Positions 26,845 to 37,028 are shown, counted from the first letter of the stretch. The stretch is DNA of 64,000 bases from an uncultured Chloroflexia bacterium (GCA_963734535.1 CAVTHS010000009.1:1-64000); one strand, 5' to 3'. Program-made: numbers and translations. Notes: generated by a model not told the origin, from the letters alone.

Positions 26845-27702
26845 TCAGATACCCTGGGCGCCCGCTCTGGCCGGGTGGCGACGCAGCAGCCCGCGTCGCG
26901 GCCCGAGCGCGAGCGCGAGGAAGAAGATCACGGTCTGGATCAGCACGATCGACGCGCCGGAGGCGAGGTTGAGCCAGAAGGAGACGTAGATCCCCGCGAT
27001 CCCGGACCCGATCCCGATCGCGATCGCGATGGCCATGAGCCGGCCGAACCGGGCGGTCAGGAGCTGCGCGGTGGCCGCCGGCGTCGTCAGCATCGCGACG
27101 ACGAGGATGATCCCGACCGCCTGGATGCTGACCACGATCGTCAGCGCGATGAGGCCCAGGAAGAGGTAGTCGAGCCGGTTGACGTCGAGCCCGGACGCCC
27201 CGGCGCCCAGCGGGTCGAAGGTGGCGAACAGAAACTCCTTCCAGAGGGCCCAGATCACCACGAGGATGATGCCGCCCAGGATCGCCAGGCCGACCAGGTC
27301 GCCCAGCCCGATCCCCAGCACATCGCCGAACAGGAAGCCGAAGAGATCGCCAACGTAGTTCGGGATGGCGCTGTAGATCGCGACGCCAAGGCCGAACATG
27401 CCCGCGAAGAGCACGCCGATGATCGTGTCGGACCGCAGGTGGGCTCGGCGACTGATCCAGCCGATCCCCAGCGCCGTCGCGACGGCGGCGATGGCGCCGC
27501 CGAGGTAGAGCGAGCCGCCGAACAGGTACGCCATCACGACGCCCGGGAACGCCGCGTGGCTGATCGCGTCGCCCATGAACGCGAGCCCGCGCAGGACCAT
27601 GTAGCTCCCGACGACGGCGCAGACGAGCCCCACGAGCGCGGCGGCCACGAGGGCCCGGACTCCGAACTCGTACTGGAGAGGCGCCACCAGCGCGTCGATC
27701 AT
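26845..27702 (-). CDS. Zn/Mn ABC transporter permease (ZnuB/MntB type)
   Basis: GDAISHAAFPG, FLFGDVL, TFDP, QAVGIILVVAMLTTPAATA. Confidence 0.93.
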   Translation of the reverse strand: MIDALVAPLQYEFGVRALVAAALVGLVCAVVGSYMVLRGLAFMGDAISHAAFPGVVMAYLFGGSLYLGGAIAAVATALGIGWISRRAHLRSDTIIGVLFAGMFGLGVAIYSAIPNYVGDLFGFLFGDVLGIGLGDLVGLAILGGIILVVIWALWKEFLFATFDPLGAGASGLDVNRLDYLFLGLIALTIVVSIQAVGIILVVAMLTTPAATAQLLTARFGRLMAIAIAIGIGSGIAGIYVSFWLNLASGASIVLIQTVIFFLALALGPRRGLLRRHPARAGAQGI

Positions 27703-27718
27703 GCCGCCACTCGCGCGC

Positions 27719-28627
27719 TCATCGGTGGGACTCCTCGTGGAAGTGAATCTCGTGGCCGGGCGCCGCGTCGTGGTGATGGGGGTCGTCCACGAGGAGCGTC
27801 TCCCCACCGACGACCAGCAGGTGGCCGCCGTACGTGCGCGAGAGGACGTCGCGGTCCAGGACCAGGTCCGATCGCCCGTGCGCGATCACCGTCCGGTTGA
27901 TGGCCAGGACGTCCTCGAAGCGCTCCGCCGCGCTGGCGAGGTCGTGGGTGGTTGCGATGACGGTCTTGCCGCGCCGCGCCTCCGCCTCCAGGATATGCAT
28001 GAGGTCCTCCTGGGTGGCGGGATCGACCCCGGTGACCGGTTCGTCCAGCAGGTACAGGTCCGGGTCCGCGGCCAGCGCGCGAGCCAGGAATGCCCGGCGT
28101 CGCTGCCCACCAGACAGGCGGCCGATCTGGGTCTGCGCGTTGGGTGTCATCCCAACCTGCTCCAGCGCGTCGGCGACCGCACGATGGTCCAGGACGCCCG
28201 GCCGTCGGAACGGGCCGAGCCGCGCGTAGCGGCCCATCACGACGACATCCCAGACGGAGACCGGGAACTCCCAGTCCACCTGCTCGGCCTGCGGCACGTA
28301 GGCGACACGGCGCGCCTCGCGGCCCGGCTCGGCGCCGAGGACCTGCACGCGGCCGCTCCAAGGCTTCAGGAGGCCCGCGACGACCTTGAGGAAGGTGCTC
28401 TTCCCGCCGCCGTTCGGCCCGAAGACGGCCAGGATCGTCCCGGCCTCGACGGTGACGGAGACGTCGGTCAGCGCGGCGCGGCCGTCGTAGCCGACGGTCA
28501 CATTGGAAAGGACGATCGCTGGGTGGTGGCCGGCATGGAGCCCTTCGTCGTGCCCCGGATGGTGGACCGCGTGCCCGTCGGCGGCGTGCCCGTCGGCGGC
28601 GTGAGGGACGATCATCGGCTCGCTCAC
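27719..28627 (-). CDS. Zn/Mn ABC transporter ATPase with His-rich termini
   Basis: GPNGGGKST, YVPQ, LSGGQRRR, LLDEP; HAADGHAADGHAVHHPGH N-terminus. Confidence 0.93.
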   Translation of the reverse strand: MSEPMIVPHAADGHAADGHAVHHPGHDEGLHAGHHPAIVLSNVTVGYDGRAALTDVSVTVEAGTILAVFGPNGGGKSTFLKVVAGLLKPWSGRVQVLGAEPGREARRVAYVPQAEQVDWEFPVSVWDVVVMGRYARLGPFRRPGVLDHRAVADALEQVGMTPNAQTQIGRLSGGQRRRAFLARALAADPDLYLLDEPVTGVDPATQEDLMHILEAEARRGKTVIATTHDLASAAERFEDVLAINRTVIAHGRSDLVLDRDVLSRTYGGHLLVVGGETLLVDDPHHHDAAPGHEIHFHEESHR

Positions 28628-29574
28628 CGGAGCGCCTCCACCACCCGGTCGGCATCCCAGTGCATCATCGCCTCGTACGTGTCGACCGGCGGTTGCCCAA
28701 GGGCGTCGCTGTACAGGTCGCTGACCACCGTCACCCCTGCCTCCGCCGCCAGCTGCTGCTCAACCTTCGGGTTGAACTGGGCCTCGCTGAAGATCGCTTT
28801 GACTCCGCTGGCCCGGATCGCGTCGATGAGTGCCGCGACCTGGCCCGCGCTTGGGTCCTGGCCCGGCGAAGGCACCACGGAGCCGACGATCGTGAGCCCA
28901 TAGGCGGCCGCGAAATATGGGAAGGCGTCGTGATAGGAGACCAGCTTCCGGTTCGCCGGCGGGATCGTGGCGATCTGCCCCCGGATCGCGGTGTCGAGCG
29001 TCGCAAGCCGGGCGAGGTATGCGTCGCCGGATGCCTGGAGCGCTGCCTGCTTCGCGGGAGCAGCCGCCTGGAGCGCGGCCACGATCCGCTTCACGTACAG
29101 CTCCGCGTACGCGACGTCCAGCCAGAGGTGCGGGTTGAGCGTCCCGGTGCCGCCGTCGCCGGCGAGATACGTCACGCCGGGCTCATGCGGGCCGAGCTCC
29201 GCCAGCGCGCTTGCCGGAAGCTTCGCCTCGACCAGGAGCGGCGTCAGCCAGTCGTCGACCCCCAGCCCGTTCATCACCACGAGGTTCGCTCCGGCGATCG
29301 CGCGAACGTCGGACGGCGTCGGCGCGTACGTGTGCGGGTCACCACCTGCGGGCACGAGGCTGGTCACCCGGACCGCCGCGCCGCCAGCCTGTCGCACGAG
29401 GTCCGCGAAGACGGTTGTCGTCGCGACGACGTCGATGGCATCCGGGGCCGGCGAGGGGAGCGCCGAGCCGCCCGGTGCGCCGGTCGCACCGGCCCCACCG
29501 CCGCAGGCGCCAAGGACGAGCGCGAGCACGACGGACACCACGACCGGCCCGCGGGTGAAGCCCGGCCGCATCAT
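28624..29574 (-). CDS. Zn/Mn ABC substrate-binding lipoprotein
   Basis: Lipobox LGAC, DPHTY, NPHLWLD, YHDAFPYF. Confidence 0.93.
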   Translation of the reverse strand: MMRPGFTRGPVVVSVVLALVLGACGGGAGATGAPGGSALPSPAPDAIDVVATTTVFADLVRQAGGAAVRVTSLVPAGGDPHTYAPTPSDVRAIAGANLVVMNGLGVDDWLTPLLVEAKLPASALAELGPHEPGVTYLAGDGGTGTLNPHLWLDVAYAELYVKRIVAALQAAAPAKQAALQASGDAYLARLATLDTAIRGQIATIPPANRKLVSYHDAFPYFAAAYGLTIVGSVVPSPGQDPSAGQVAALIDAIRASGVKAIFSEAQFNPKVEQQLAAEAGVTVVSDLYSDALGQPPVDTYEAMMHWDADRVVEALR

Positions 29575-30011
29575 GACGGCACCCCGACGTCGCTCCGGCA
29601 GTCGGGGCAGAGCCCGAACAGCTCGAGGCGGTGCTCGTCGATCCGGTAGCCGGTCTTGCGGGCGATGTCGCGGGCGAACGCCGCGAGGCCGAGGTCGCCG
29701 ATCTCGACAGAGCGGCTGCAGCGCCGGCAGACGACATGGTGGTGATGGGCAGGGCCACACGCCACGTAGGCGTGGTCCCCGGTCGGCAGGTCGATCCGCT
29801 CCAGCGCTCCGATCTCGGCGAGGAGCTCGATGGCGCGGAAGATGGTCGCCCGCCCGATTCCCAGCCGCTGGCCGCGTGCGTCGGCGACCAGGTCGGCGGC
29901 CGAGAACGCCCCGTCCCGGGCGTCGATCAGCGCGACGACGGCGCGCCGGGGCCGCGTCAGCCGGCGCCCGGCCAATTCGAAGGCCAGCTCGAGAAGCGTT
30001 GGATCAGGCAT
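29571..30011 (-). CDS. Fur-family regulator, probably Zur
   Basis: RLTRPRRAV, GRATIFR, HHHHVVCRRC, GLCPDC; first gene of the metal ABC operon. Confidence 0.92.
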   Translation of the reverse strand: MPDPTLLELAFELAGRRLTRPRRAVVALIDARDGAFSAADLVADARGQRLGIGRATIFRAIELLAEIGALERIDLPTGDHAYVACGPAHHHHVVCRRCSRSVEIGDLGLAAFARDIARKTGYRIDEHRLELFGLCPDCRSDVGVPS

Positions 30012-30018
30012 GCCTCCG

Positions 30019-30062
30019 AATGATACCCGATCTCGATCAGAAGTGAGACGCGGTCTCGATTT
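30019..30062. promoter_or_regulatory. Two tandem Fur/Zur-like boxes in the divergent promoter
   Basis: AATGATAC-CCG-ATCTCGAT (from 30019) and AGTGAGAC-GCG-GTCTCGAT (from 30042); the second has a perfect GAGAC/GTCTC palindrome. Confidence 0.6.
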
Positions 30063-30159
30063 GGCGCGGCTTCGAGCCGTTCGGCCCATCCCCACGGACC
30101 CAATCGCACCCTACGATCCGCCGATGCTGCTTCATTCGCGCCCCCAGCCGGAGACCGAC

Positions 30160-30633
30160 ATGCACAGCCTGCGCCGGACCCGCCTCACCCTCGTCGTCGC
30201 GAGCGTCGCGCTCTTCGCCGCATGCTCCTCGGCTGCGGCGACGCCCTCCGCGGCGGTCAGCGTCACCGACGCCTGGGCGCGCTCCTCCTCGGCGATGGCC
30301 AGCGCCGCGGCGGCGTATGCCACGATCACGAACGCCGGCCCGACGGCGGACGCGCTCGTCGGCGCCTCGAGCCCCGCGGCTGCGACCGTCGAGGTCCACG
30401 AGACCGTGGCCATGGGTTCGCCGGTTGCGTCGGGTGGGGGGATGATGGGGATGCGACCGGTCGCGCGCGTCGAGATCCCGGCCGGCGGCAGCCTTCAGCT
30501 CAGGCCCGGCAGCTACCACGTCATGCTCATTGGCCTGGCCCGCGACCTCGCGGTCGGCGACACGATCGATCTGACCCTGACGTTCGAGAACGCCGGGCAG
30601 ATCACGGTGAAGGCCCAGGTCCGCGCGAGCTGA
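30160..30633 (+). CDS. PCu(A)C copper chaperone lipoprotein
   Basis: FAAC lipobox, DAWAR, EVHET...MMGM...PGSYHVML (H-M-H-M Cu motif). Confidence 0.92.
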   Translation: MHSLRRTRLTLVVASVALFAACSSAAATPSAAVSVTDAWARSSSAMASAAAAYATITNAGPTADALVGASSPAAATVEVHETVAMGSPVASGGGMMGMRPVARVEIPAGGSLQLRPGSYHVMLIGLARDLAVGDTIDLTLTFENAGQITVKAQVRAS

Positions 30634-30652
30634 GCGCTCGATCCGCCCAACC

Positions 30653-32266
30653 ATGACGTCCTCCTCGCGTCCCTCGTCCCCGAACCGCCTGCCGGTCATC
30701 GCGAGCGTGGTCTTCGCCATCGCGGCGGCGGGCGGAATCGGTGTCGGCCTGCTCGGCGTCGCGCTCGGCGGGCCGCCGGCGACGCCGGCGGGGGACGGGC
30801 GGATCGCCTGGCCGGCCGCGACCCCCGACCCACTGAAGCGGCCCACCGGGATCGTGCCGGTGGTCCCGGCGCCGGCCCTCGTGCTGACCGACCAGGACGG
30901 ACGGCCGTTCGACCTCGCGAGCATGCGGGGGACGCCGGCGCTCGTCTTCTTCGGCTACACGCACTGCCCGGATGTCTGCCCCACGACGCTTGCCGATGTT
31001 CGCGATGCCGTGAAGCGGAGCCCGGTCGCGGTCCGGGTGGTCTTCGTGACGATCGACCCGGCCCGTGACGACACGGCCGCGCTGAAGCAGTACCTCTCGT
31101 TCTACGACGCCGGGTTCACCGGGCTGACCGGGACCGCTGCCGAGATCCGTCGTGCGGCCGATGCGTGGGGTGTCCAGTTCGCCCGGATCGACAGCGGCTC
31201 GGCCAACGGGTACGCGATGGCGCACACGGCCGACACGTTCCTGGTCGATGCCGCGGGCCGGCTCCGCGACCGGATCTGGTTCGGCGCCGGCCCCGACGTC
31301 TTCGTGGACCGGATCGCATCGCTCGCCACGCGCCCGCTTCCCGGGGACGCCAACGCGAGCGCGCGGACCGGGGCGAGCCCCACGCCGAGCGCGCCGCCGG
31401 CCGCCACGCCGGTGCCCGCCGCATCGCCGAGCGGCCCGCCGGCGGCCGGTGCGACCACCGTGCTCCCGACGCTCACCACGACCGTCATCCGCGTCGGTGC
31501 GAACCGGCTCGTGATGACCGTCTCGGACCCGGGCAACCGGGAGCTCGCCTTCCCGGACGTCACCGCCCACTTCACGTTCCGCGACGCAGACCCGGCGGTC
31601 CCGTCGATCGCGGTCGACGGGTACTTCATCTGGGTCTCCGTGGGCAACAAGGGCGCCTTCGTTGTGGACGTCTCGTTTCCCGTGCCCGGCGCGTGGACCG
31701 GCACGATCGCCCTGCAGAAGGCGGCCACGCCGATCGGCGCAGCCGACTTCCCCTTTGGCGTCGTCGACCGGGGCTCCACTCCCGCGATCGGCGATCCCGC
31801 GCCGTCGATCCATACCCCGACCGCGGCCGATCCGAACGCCGGCGAGAATCTCTATGGCATCACGACGGACGTCTTCCCCGATCCGCGCTTCTACCAGTCC
31901 TCCGTCGACCAGCTGCTGGCCGCGCACAGGCCGTTCGTGCTGACGTTCTACTCACCGGCGTTCTGCCCGACCACTGCCTGCGGGCCGCTCCTGAAGAACA
32001 TGAAGGCGATCGCCAACGAGTTCCCGGATGTCGCGTTCGTGCACGTGGAACCGCACGTGATGGCCAACTACGGCGGGCGACTGATGCCCGACTACGGCAC
32101 CGGCCAGCTCGAGTTCAACGACCTGGCCAAGGCCTACGGGATCCCCGTCGAGCCGTTCGTCTTCGTGGTCGACGCCCAGGGCCGGATCGCGGCCAGCTTC
32201 GAGCTCATCGTCGGGAGCGACGAGATCCGGGCGGCGATCCGCGCGGCGACCGGCGGCGGCACCTGA
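30653..32266 (+). CDS. SCO family protein fused to a C-terminal beta-rich plus thioredoxin-like region
   Basis: FFGYTHCPDVCP and MAHT (SCO); later FYSPAFCPTTACGP...FVHVEP...EPFVFVVD. Confidence 0.85.
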   Translation: MTSSSRPSSPNRLPVIASVVFAIAAAGGIGVGLLGVALGGPPATPAGDGRIAWPAATPDPLKRPTGIVPVVPAPALVLTDQDGRPFDLASMRGTPALVFFGYTHCPDVCPTTLADVRDAVKRSPVAVRVVFVTIDPARDDTAALKQYLSFYDAGFTGLTGTAAEIRRAADAWGVQFARIDSGSANGYAMAHTADTFLVDAAGRLRDRIWFGAGPDVFVDRIASLATRPLPGDANASARTGASPTPSAPPAATPVPAASPSGPPAAGATTVLPTLTTTVIRVGANRLVMTVSDPGNRELAFPDVTAHFTFRDADPAVPSIAVDGYFIWVSVGNKGAFVVDVSFPVPGAWTGTIALQKAATPIGAADFPFGVVDRGSTPAIGDPAPSIHTPTAADPNAGENLYGITTDVFPDPRFYQSSVDQLLAAHRPFVLTFYSPAFCPTTACGPLLKNMKAIANEFPDVAFVHVEPHVMANYGGRLMPDYGTGQLEFNDLAKAYGIPVEPFVFVVDAQGRIAASFELIVGSDEIRAAIRAATGGGT

Positions 32267-32342
32267 CCGGACGCACGCTCGCGAGTGATCCTGGATCGAC
32301 GACGCCTCTGCAAGCCACCTTGACCTCTCAACGCAAGGGCGC

Positions 32343-32372
32343 TTGACCGCTCATCGCCCGCAGCGTTAGATT
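32343..32372 (+). promoter_or_regulatory. Possible sigma70 promoter of the FTR1 gene
   Basis: TTGACC-N18-TAGATT. Confidence 0.45.
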
Positions 32373-32434
32373 CGGCCTGCGTTCGCCGGCAGTCCGCGGA
32401 CCGTTCCGTGCGTCCCCGTTCGAGGAGCCTCCGC

Positions 32435-33316
32435 GTGTTCGACATCGGCGCATTCACGAGCGGCCTGCTGACCGGCCTGCGCGAGGGCGTGGAGGCCGCC
32501 CTCATCGTCAGCATCATCTGCGCCTACCTGGCCCGGACCGGCAACGCCCGCCACCTTCGCCGAGTCGGGATCGGGGTGGCCGCCGCCGTGGCCGCCAGCG
32601 CGGCGCTCGGCCTCCTGGTGTTCGCGACGCTCGGCGAGCTTCCGAGCCCATGGGAGCAGGTCTTCGAAGGGACCACGATGCTCCTTGCCGCGGCCGTCGT
32701 GACCTGGATGCTCTTCTGGATGCGGCGCCAGGCCAGCTCGGTCGCGAGCCAGCTCCAGCGCGCGCTCGACCGGGTCCTCACGACCGGGAGCGCCTGGGGC
32801 CTGGCGTTCCTCGCCTTCACGGCCGTCATCCGCGAGGGCCTGGAGACCGCGCTCTTCCTGGTCGGGCAGGCGACAGCCGCGACGGCATCGGTGGGCGGGT
32901 TGGGCGCGGCGAGCGTCCTGGCCGGGGCGGCCGTGGGCCTGCTCATCTCCGTCGGGCTGGGCTACGCGTTCTATCGCGGCAGCCGCCGGCTCAACCTCGG
33001 ACGGTTCTTCCGCTGGACGGGCGTCCTGCTGGTGTTCATCGCGGCCGGCCTGCTCGGCAGCGCGGTGCACGAGTTCGTGGAGATCGGCTGGATCACGCTC
33101 GGTGTCCAGACGGCGTTCGACATCAGCGCGACGCTGCCCCACGAGGCGGGGGTCGGCCTCTTCCTGCGCGCCCTGTTCGGCTACTCGTCGACACCGGAGA
33201 TCGTCGCGCTCGCGGCCTGGGGCTCGTATCTCGTCGTGGTCGTCTCCCTCTACCTGCGGCCCGTTCCTCCGCCGCGGTCCGCACGCCCGGAACCGGCCCC
33301 GGTCGCCCGCGCATAA
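32435..33316 (+). CDS. FTR1/EfeU iron permease
   Basis: Two REGxE motifs (LREGVEA, IREGLET), about seven TMs. Confidence 0.93.
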   Translation: MFDIGAFTSGLLTGLREGVEAALIVSIICAYLARTGNARHLRRVGIGVAAAVAASAALGLLVFATLGELPSPWEQVFEGTTMLLAAAVVTWMLFWMRRQASSVASQLQRALDRVLTTGSAWGLAFLAFTAVIREGLETALFLVGQATAATASVGGLGAASVLAGAAVGLLISVGLGYAFYRGSRRLNLGRFFRWTGVLLVFIAAGLLGSAVHEFVEIGWITLGVQTAFDISATLPHEAGVGLFLRALFGYSSTPEIVALAAWGSYLVVVVSLYLRPVPPPRSARPEPAPVARA

Positions 33317-33406
33317 GCGCACCCGCGGAGGACGGCTCGCCGTCGGACGGGGTACGCTGCGTCCACGTCCCCGCCTGTCCAGTCCTCCCCCGCAGCGAGA
33401 GTCCGC

Positions 33407-34315
33407 ATGTCCACGAATTCCAGCCCGACCGGCGCGCGCCCCCCGAAGACGCCAGGCTCGCAGCGCCCGCCCGCCACGCGACAGGAGCGCAGGGAAGCCG
33501 CCCGCCGCGACCAGCGCCTTGCCTCCGCGCGCACCGTCGCCGTCAGACGGCCCGCCTGGCAGTCACCGATGGCCATGATCACGGCGGCCGCCGTGGTCGT
33601 GGGGCTGGTCGTCGTCGTCCTCGCGTCCGGCGTCCTGAGCCCGAAGGCCACGGTCGGCACCCTCGTCAAGCCGCTCCGCCCGGCCCCGGTCGCTCTGATC
33701 GATCCGGCCAATCCACGGGCGCTCGGCCAGGCGAATGCGCCGGTCAAGGTCGAGGTCTGGTCCGACTTCCAGTGCCCCGCCTGCGATACGTTCGCGACCA
33801 CCATCGAGCCGGACCTGATCGACGGATACGTGGCGACGGGCAAGGTACAGCTCACCTACCGCGACTTTGCCTTCATCGACAAGGGGGCCGCCAACGGCGA
33901 GTCGCACCAGGCCGCCGCGGCCGCGCGGTGCGCCGGCGACAAGTTCTGGCCGTTCCACGACTACCTGTTCGAGAACCAGAATCCCAGGGGGGAGAACCTC
34001 GGCACGTTCTCCGCCGCGTTCCTGGCCTCGGTCGCCGATGCGGTCGGCGCGAACCGAACCGCCTACGACGCGTGCATGGCGAACGGCGCCACCGATGCCG
34101 TGGCGGCCGTAGACGCCGAGACGGCCCAGGGCCAGGCAGCCGGCATCAACCAGACCCCCACGATCGCCCTGAACGGGAAGCTGCTCCAGGGTGGGGCGCT
34201 GCCGATGTCGACCCTCGGCCCGGCGATCGACGCCCTGCTCGCGAGCGCATCGCCGGTGCCCGGCGGGCCGTCTCCGTCCGCATCGCCGTCGCCGGCGGCC
34301 ACCACCGCACCCTGA
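33407..34315 (+). CDS. DsbA family thiol-disulfide oxidoreductase, membrane-anchored
   Basis: WSDFQCPAC, YRDFAF, QTPT cis-Pro loop. Confidence 0.92.
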   Translation: MSTNSSPTGARPPKTPGSQRPPATRQERREAARRDQRLASARTVAVRRPAWQSPMAMITAAAVVVGLVVVVLASGVLSPKATVGTLVKPLRPAPVALIDPANPRALGQANAPVKVEVWSDFQCPACDTFATTIEPDLIDGYVATGKVQLTYRDFAFIDKGAANGESHQAAAAARCAGDKFWPFHDYLFENQNPRGENLGTFSAAFLASVADAVGANRTAYDACMANGATDAVAAVDAETAQGQAAGINQTPTIALNGKLLQGGALPMSTLGPAIDALLASASPVPGGPSPSASPSPAATTAP

Positions 34316-34326
34316 GTCGCGGCTCC

Positions 34327-34765
34327 GTGGCTCGCGGCCGACCCGCCCTGCTGCTCGGCGTCATCGCCGCCATCGGATTCGCGAATCTCGCTCTACCTGA
34401 GCGCCAACGAGCTGGCGGGAACGCTCCCCGTGTGTGTCGCGGGCGGCGGCTGCCAGACGGTCGCCCAGAGCCAGTACAGCCACTGGTTCGGGATCCCGGT
34501 CGCCTTCTTCGGCGTGCTCTTCTCGGGCGTCCTGGTGGGACTGGCGGTTGCCTGGTGGCGGACCGGTGATGGCAGGCTGCTCCTCGTCGGGTATGCGCTG
34601 GGGCTGATCGGCGTCGTGCTCGAGCTCTACCTCGTCTACCTGGAGCTGTTCGTCATCAACGCCGTCTGCGAGTGGTGCATGGCCTACGGCGCCACGGTCG
34701 TGCTCGGGTGGCTGACCCTGCTCGTCGTGCAGCACAGGGCGAACCGCGTTGTCGGCGAGGGCTGA
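34327..34765 (+). CDS. VKOR family protein (one extra A near 34385)
   Basis: VC...GC..V..SQYS.WFGIPVA...CEWC; removing one A joins the GTG 34327 frame to ORF 34430..34765. Confidence 0.88.
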
Positions 34766-34870
34766 GGCCCCCGGCCGGCGAGGATCGTGCCAACGTGGCA
34801 CAGTCCCTCGACAACCGCAGACCGCCTGAGCTGTCCCGCTAACCAGGGAAGCAGCGACCGAGGCAGGGGG

Positions 34871-35778
34871 ATGGCTGACCGAGCCCTCGAGATCGACGGC
34901 GTCGCCAAGCGATATGGCGACGTCGTCGCCGTGGACGAGCTCTCCTTCGAGGTCCGCGCCGGCGAGCTGTTCGGGTTCGTCGGACGCAACGGGGCCGGCA
35001 AGACGACCACGATGCGCATCGTGCTCGGGGTGCTGACTCCCGATGCGGGCGTGGTGCGCTGGGCGGGGACTCCCCTGGATCTCGCCGCCCGTCGGCGGAT
35101 CGGTTACATGCCCGAGGAACGCGGCCTGTATCCCAAGATGCACGTGGCGGAGCAGCTCGCCTACCTCGGCGAGCTGCACGGCATGTCGGGCGCGGCCGCC
35201 CGGGAGGCCGCCCTGCGCTGGCTGGACCGCTTCAGCCTCTCGGACCGACGCGACGCCGAGCTCCAGGCGCTCAGCCTGGGCAACCAGCAGCGGGTCCAGC
35301 TGGCCGCGGCCCTCGTCTTCGGGCCGGACGTGCTCGTGCTCGACGAGCCGTTCTCCGGGCTCGACCCGGTCGCAGTCGACGTGATGGCGGGCGTCCTCCG
35401 CGAGCGCGCGGACGCGGGTGTCCCCGTCATCTTCTCGAGCCACGAGCTCGAGCTCGTCGAGCGGCTGTGCGATCGCGTCGGCATCGTCGAGCGGGGCCGG
35501 ATGGTCGCCTGCGGCACCGTGGACGAGCTCCGCGCCGGGGGGCAGGAGCGCCGCTGGATCGACATTCCCGCGGCGCCGGCCGACTGGGACGCCGGCGTGC
35601 CGGGCGTGCACCTGCTGCAGACCGACGGCACGCGGCGGCTGTTCGAGCTCGACCAGGGCGTCGACGACCAGGCGCTGCTCCAGGCGGCGTTGGCCACCGG
35701 ACCGGTGCGTCGTTCGAGCGCGTCAAGCCCAGCCTCGGCGAGCTCTTCCGGACGGTCATCGGGGAGGCGGGGGCATGA
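34871..35778 (+). CDS. ABC-2 ATP-binding protein (NatA-like); frameshift near 35710
   Basis: GRNGAGKTT, GYMPEERGLY, LSLGNQQR, LDEPFSGLDP; the tail FERVKPSLGELF is in another frame. Confidence 0.9.
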
Positions 35779-36965
35779 ACGCGGCACCTGTGAGTCCGGG
35801 CGGATCGCGCGGCCTGCCGACGATCGTCCTCGTCGCCCGGCGCGAGGTCCGCATGCGCCTGCGTTCGCGCGTCTTCGTTGGCGGCACGATCGTGATGACG
35901 GTCCTCGTCGTCGTCGGCATCGTGGCCGCGTCGCTGCTCGCCGGCAGGACCACGCCGGTGCGGGTGGGCTTCAGCGGCGGATCGCAGGCGCTCGAGCAAA
36001 CGTTCATCGCGTCGGCCGCAGCCCTGGGTGCGAAGGTGACCGTCAGCGACATTGTCGATGTCACCGCCGGGAAGGCGCAGGTGACGGCGGGCACGCTCGA
36101 CGTGCTCGTGACCGGGTCGGCGAGCGCACCGACGGCCGTGGCGAAGGCGGCCATCGCATCGAACGTCGAGTCCGCCCTATCCCTGGCCGCGGAGGCCGCA
36201 CGCCTCTCCGACGCTGGCCTCTCACCGGCGGCCGTCACCTCGGCGATGGCCCTGGTCCCGGTCCAGCTTCTGCAGCCCCCCAATCCCAAGGACACCCAGA
36301 ACCTGTTCGCCAGCCTGGCCCTCGGCATCCTGCTCTGGATCGCGCTCGGCCAGTACGGGAACATGGTGGCCCAGAGCGTGGTCGAGGAGAAGGCGACCCG
36401 GATCATGGAGATCCTGCTCGCCACGATCCCGCCGAGCCGTCTCCTCGCGGGCAAGGTCGTCGGGATCGGGCTCGTCGGTCTCCTGCAGCTCACGATCGTG
36501 GGCGCGGCCGCGCTCGTCGCGGTCCAGGTGACCAGTGTCGCCGCGATCCCGGCCCTCGGCGTGGCCTCGATCCTGGGCGATATCGTGTGGTTCCTGCTGG
36601 GCTTCCTGTTCTACGCCACTGCCTACTCCGCGGTCGCCTCCCTCGTCTCGCGCCAGGAGGAGGTCCAGAGCGCCGTCGCCCCGATCTCGATCCTCCAGAT
36701 CGCGGGGTACCTGCTCATGTACGCCGCGCTGCCGAATCCGAGTGGCCCCCTGGCCACGGTGTGCTCGCTGCTGCCGCCGTTCGCCCCCATCCTCATGCCG
36801 GTGCGGATGGCGGCCACCGACGTGCCGTTCTGGCAGGTCGGTTTGGCGGTAGCGCTCATCGTGGGATCCATCGTCGGCCTGACCTGGCTCGCCGGCCGCA
36901 TGTACAGCCACGCCGCGCTCCACCTCGGCGCGCGGACCCGGTTCATGGAGGCATTCCGTGGGTAA
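35775..36965 (+). CDS. ABC-2 permease (NatB-like)
   Basis: VARREV, VVEEKATRIMEILL, GKVVG, PPFAPILMP. Confidence 0.9.
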   Translation: MNAAPVSPGGSRGLPTIVLVARREVRMRLRSRVFVGGTIVMTVLVVVGIVAASLLAGRTTPVRVGFSGGSQALEQTFIASAAALGAKVTVSDIVDVTAGKAQVTAGTLDVLVTGSASAPTAVAKAAIASNVESALSLAAEAARLSDAGLSPAAVTSAMALVPVQLLQPPNPKDTQNLFASLALGILLWIALGQYGNMVAQSVVEEKATRIMEILLATIPPSRLLAGKVVGIGLVGLLQLTIVGAAALVAVQVTSVAAIPALGVASILGDIVWFLLGFLFYATAYSAVASLVSRQEEVQSAVAPISILQIAGYLLMYAALPNPSGPLATVCSLLPPFAPILMPVRMAATDVPFWQVGLAVALIVGSIVGLTWLAGRMYSHAALHLGARTRFMEAFRG

Positions 36966-37028
36966 CGGTCGTGGGTAGGTCAAGCAGGTTCCGGCCCTGT
37001 CGGGCGCAGCGATCGGAGGAGGAATCAG

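Noticed and set aside
32360-32385. DtxR/IdeR box upstream of FTR1
   Set aside because: Only a weak partial match (TTAGATTCGGCCTGC); not supportable.
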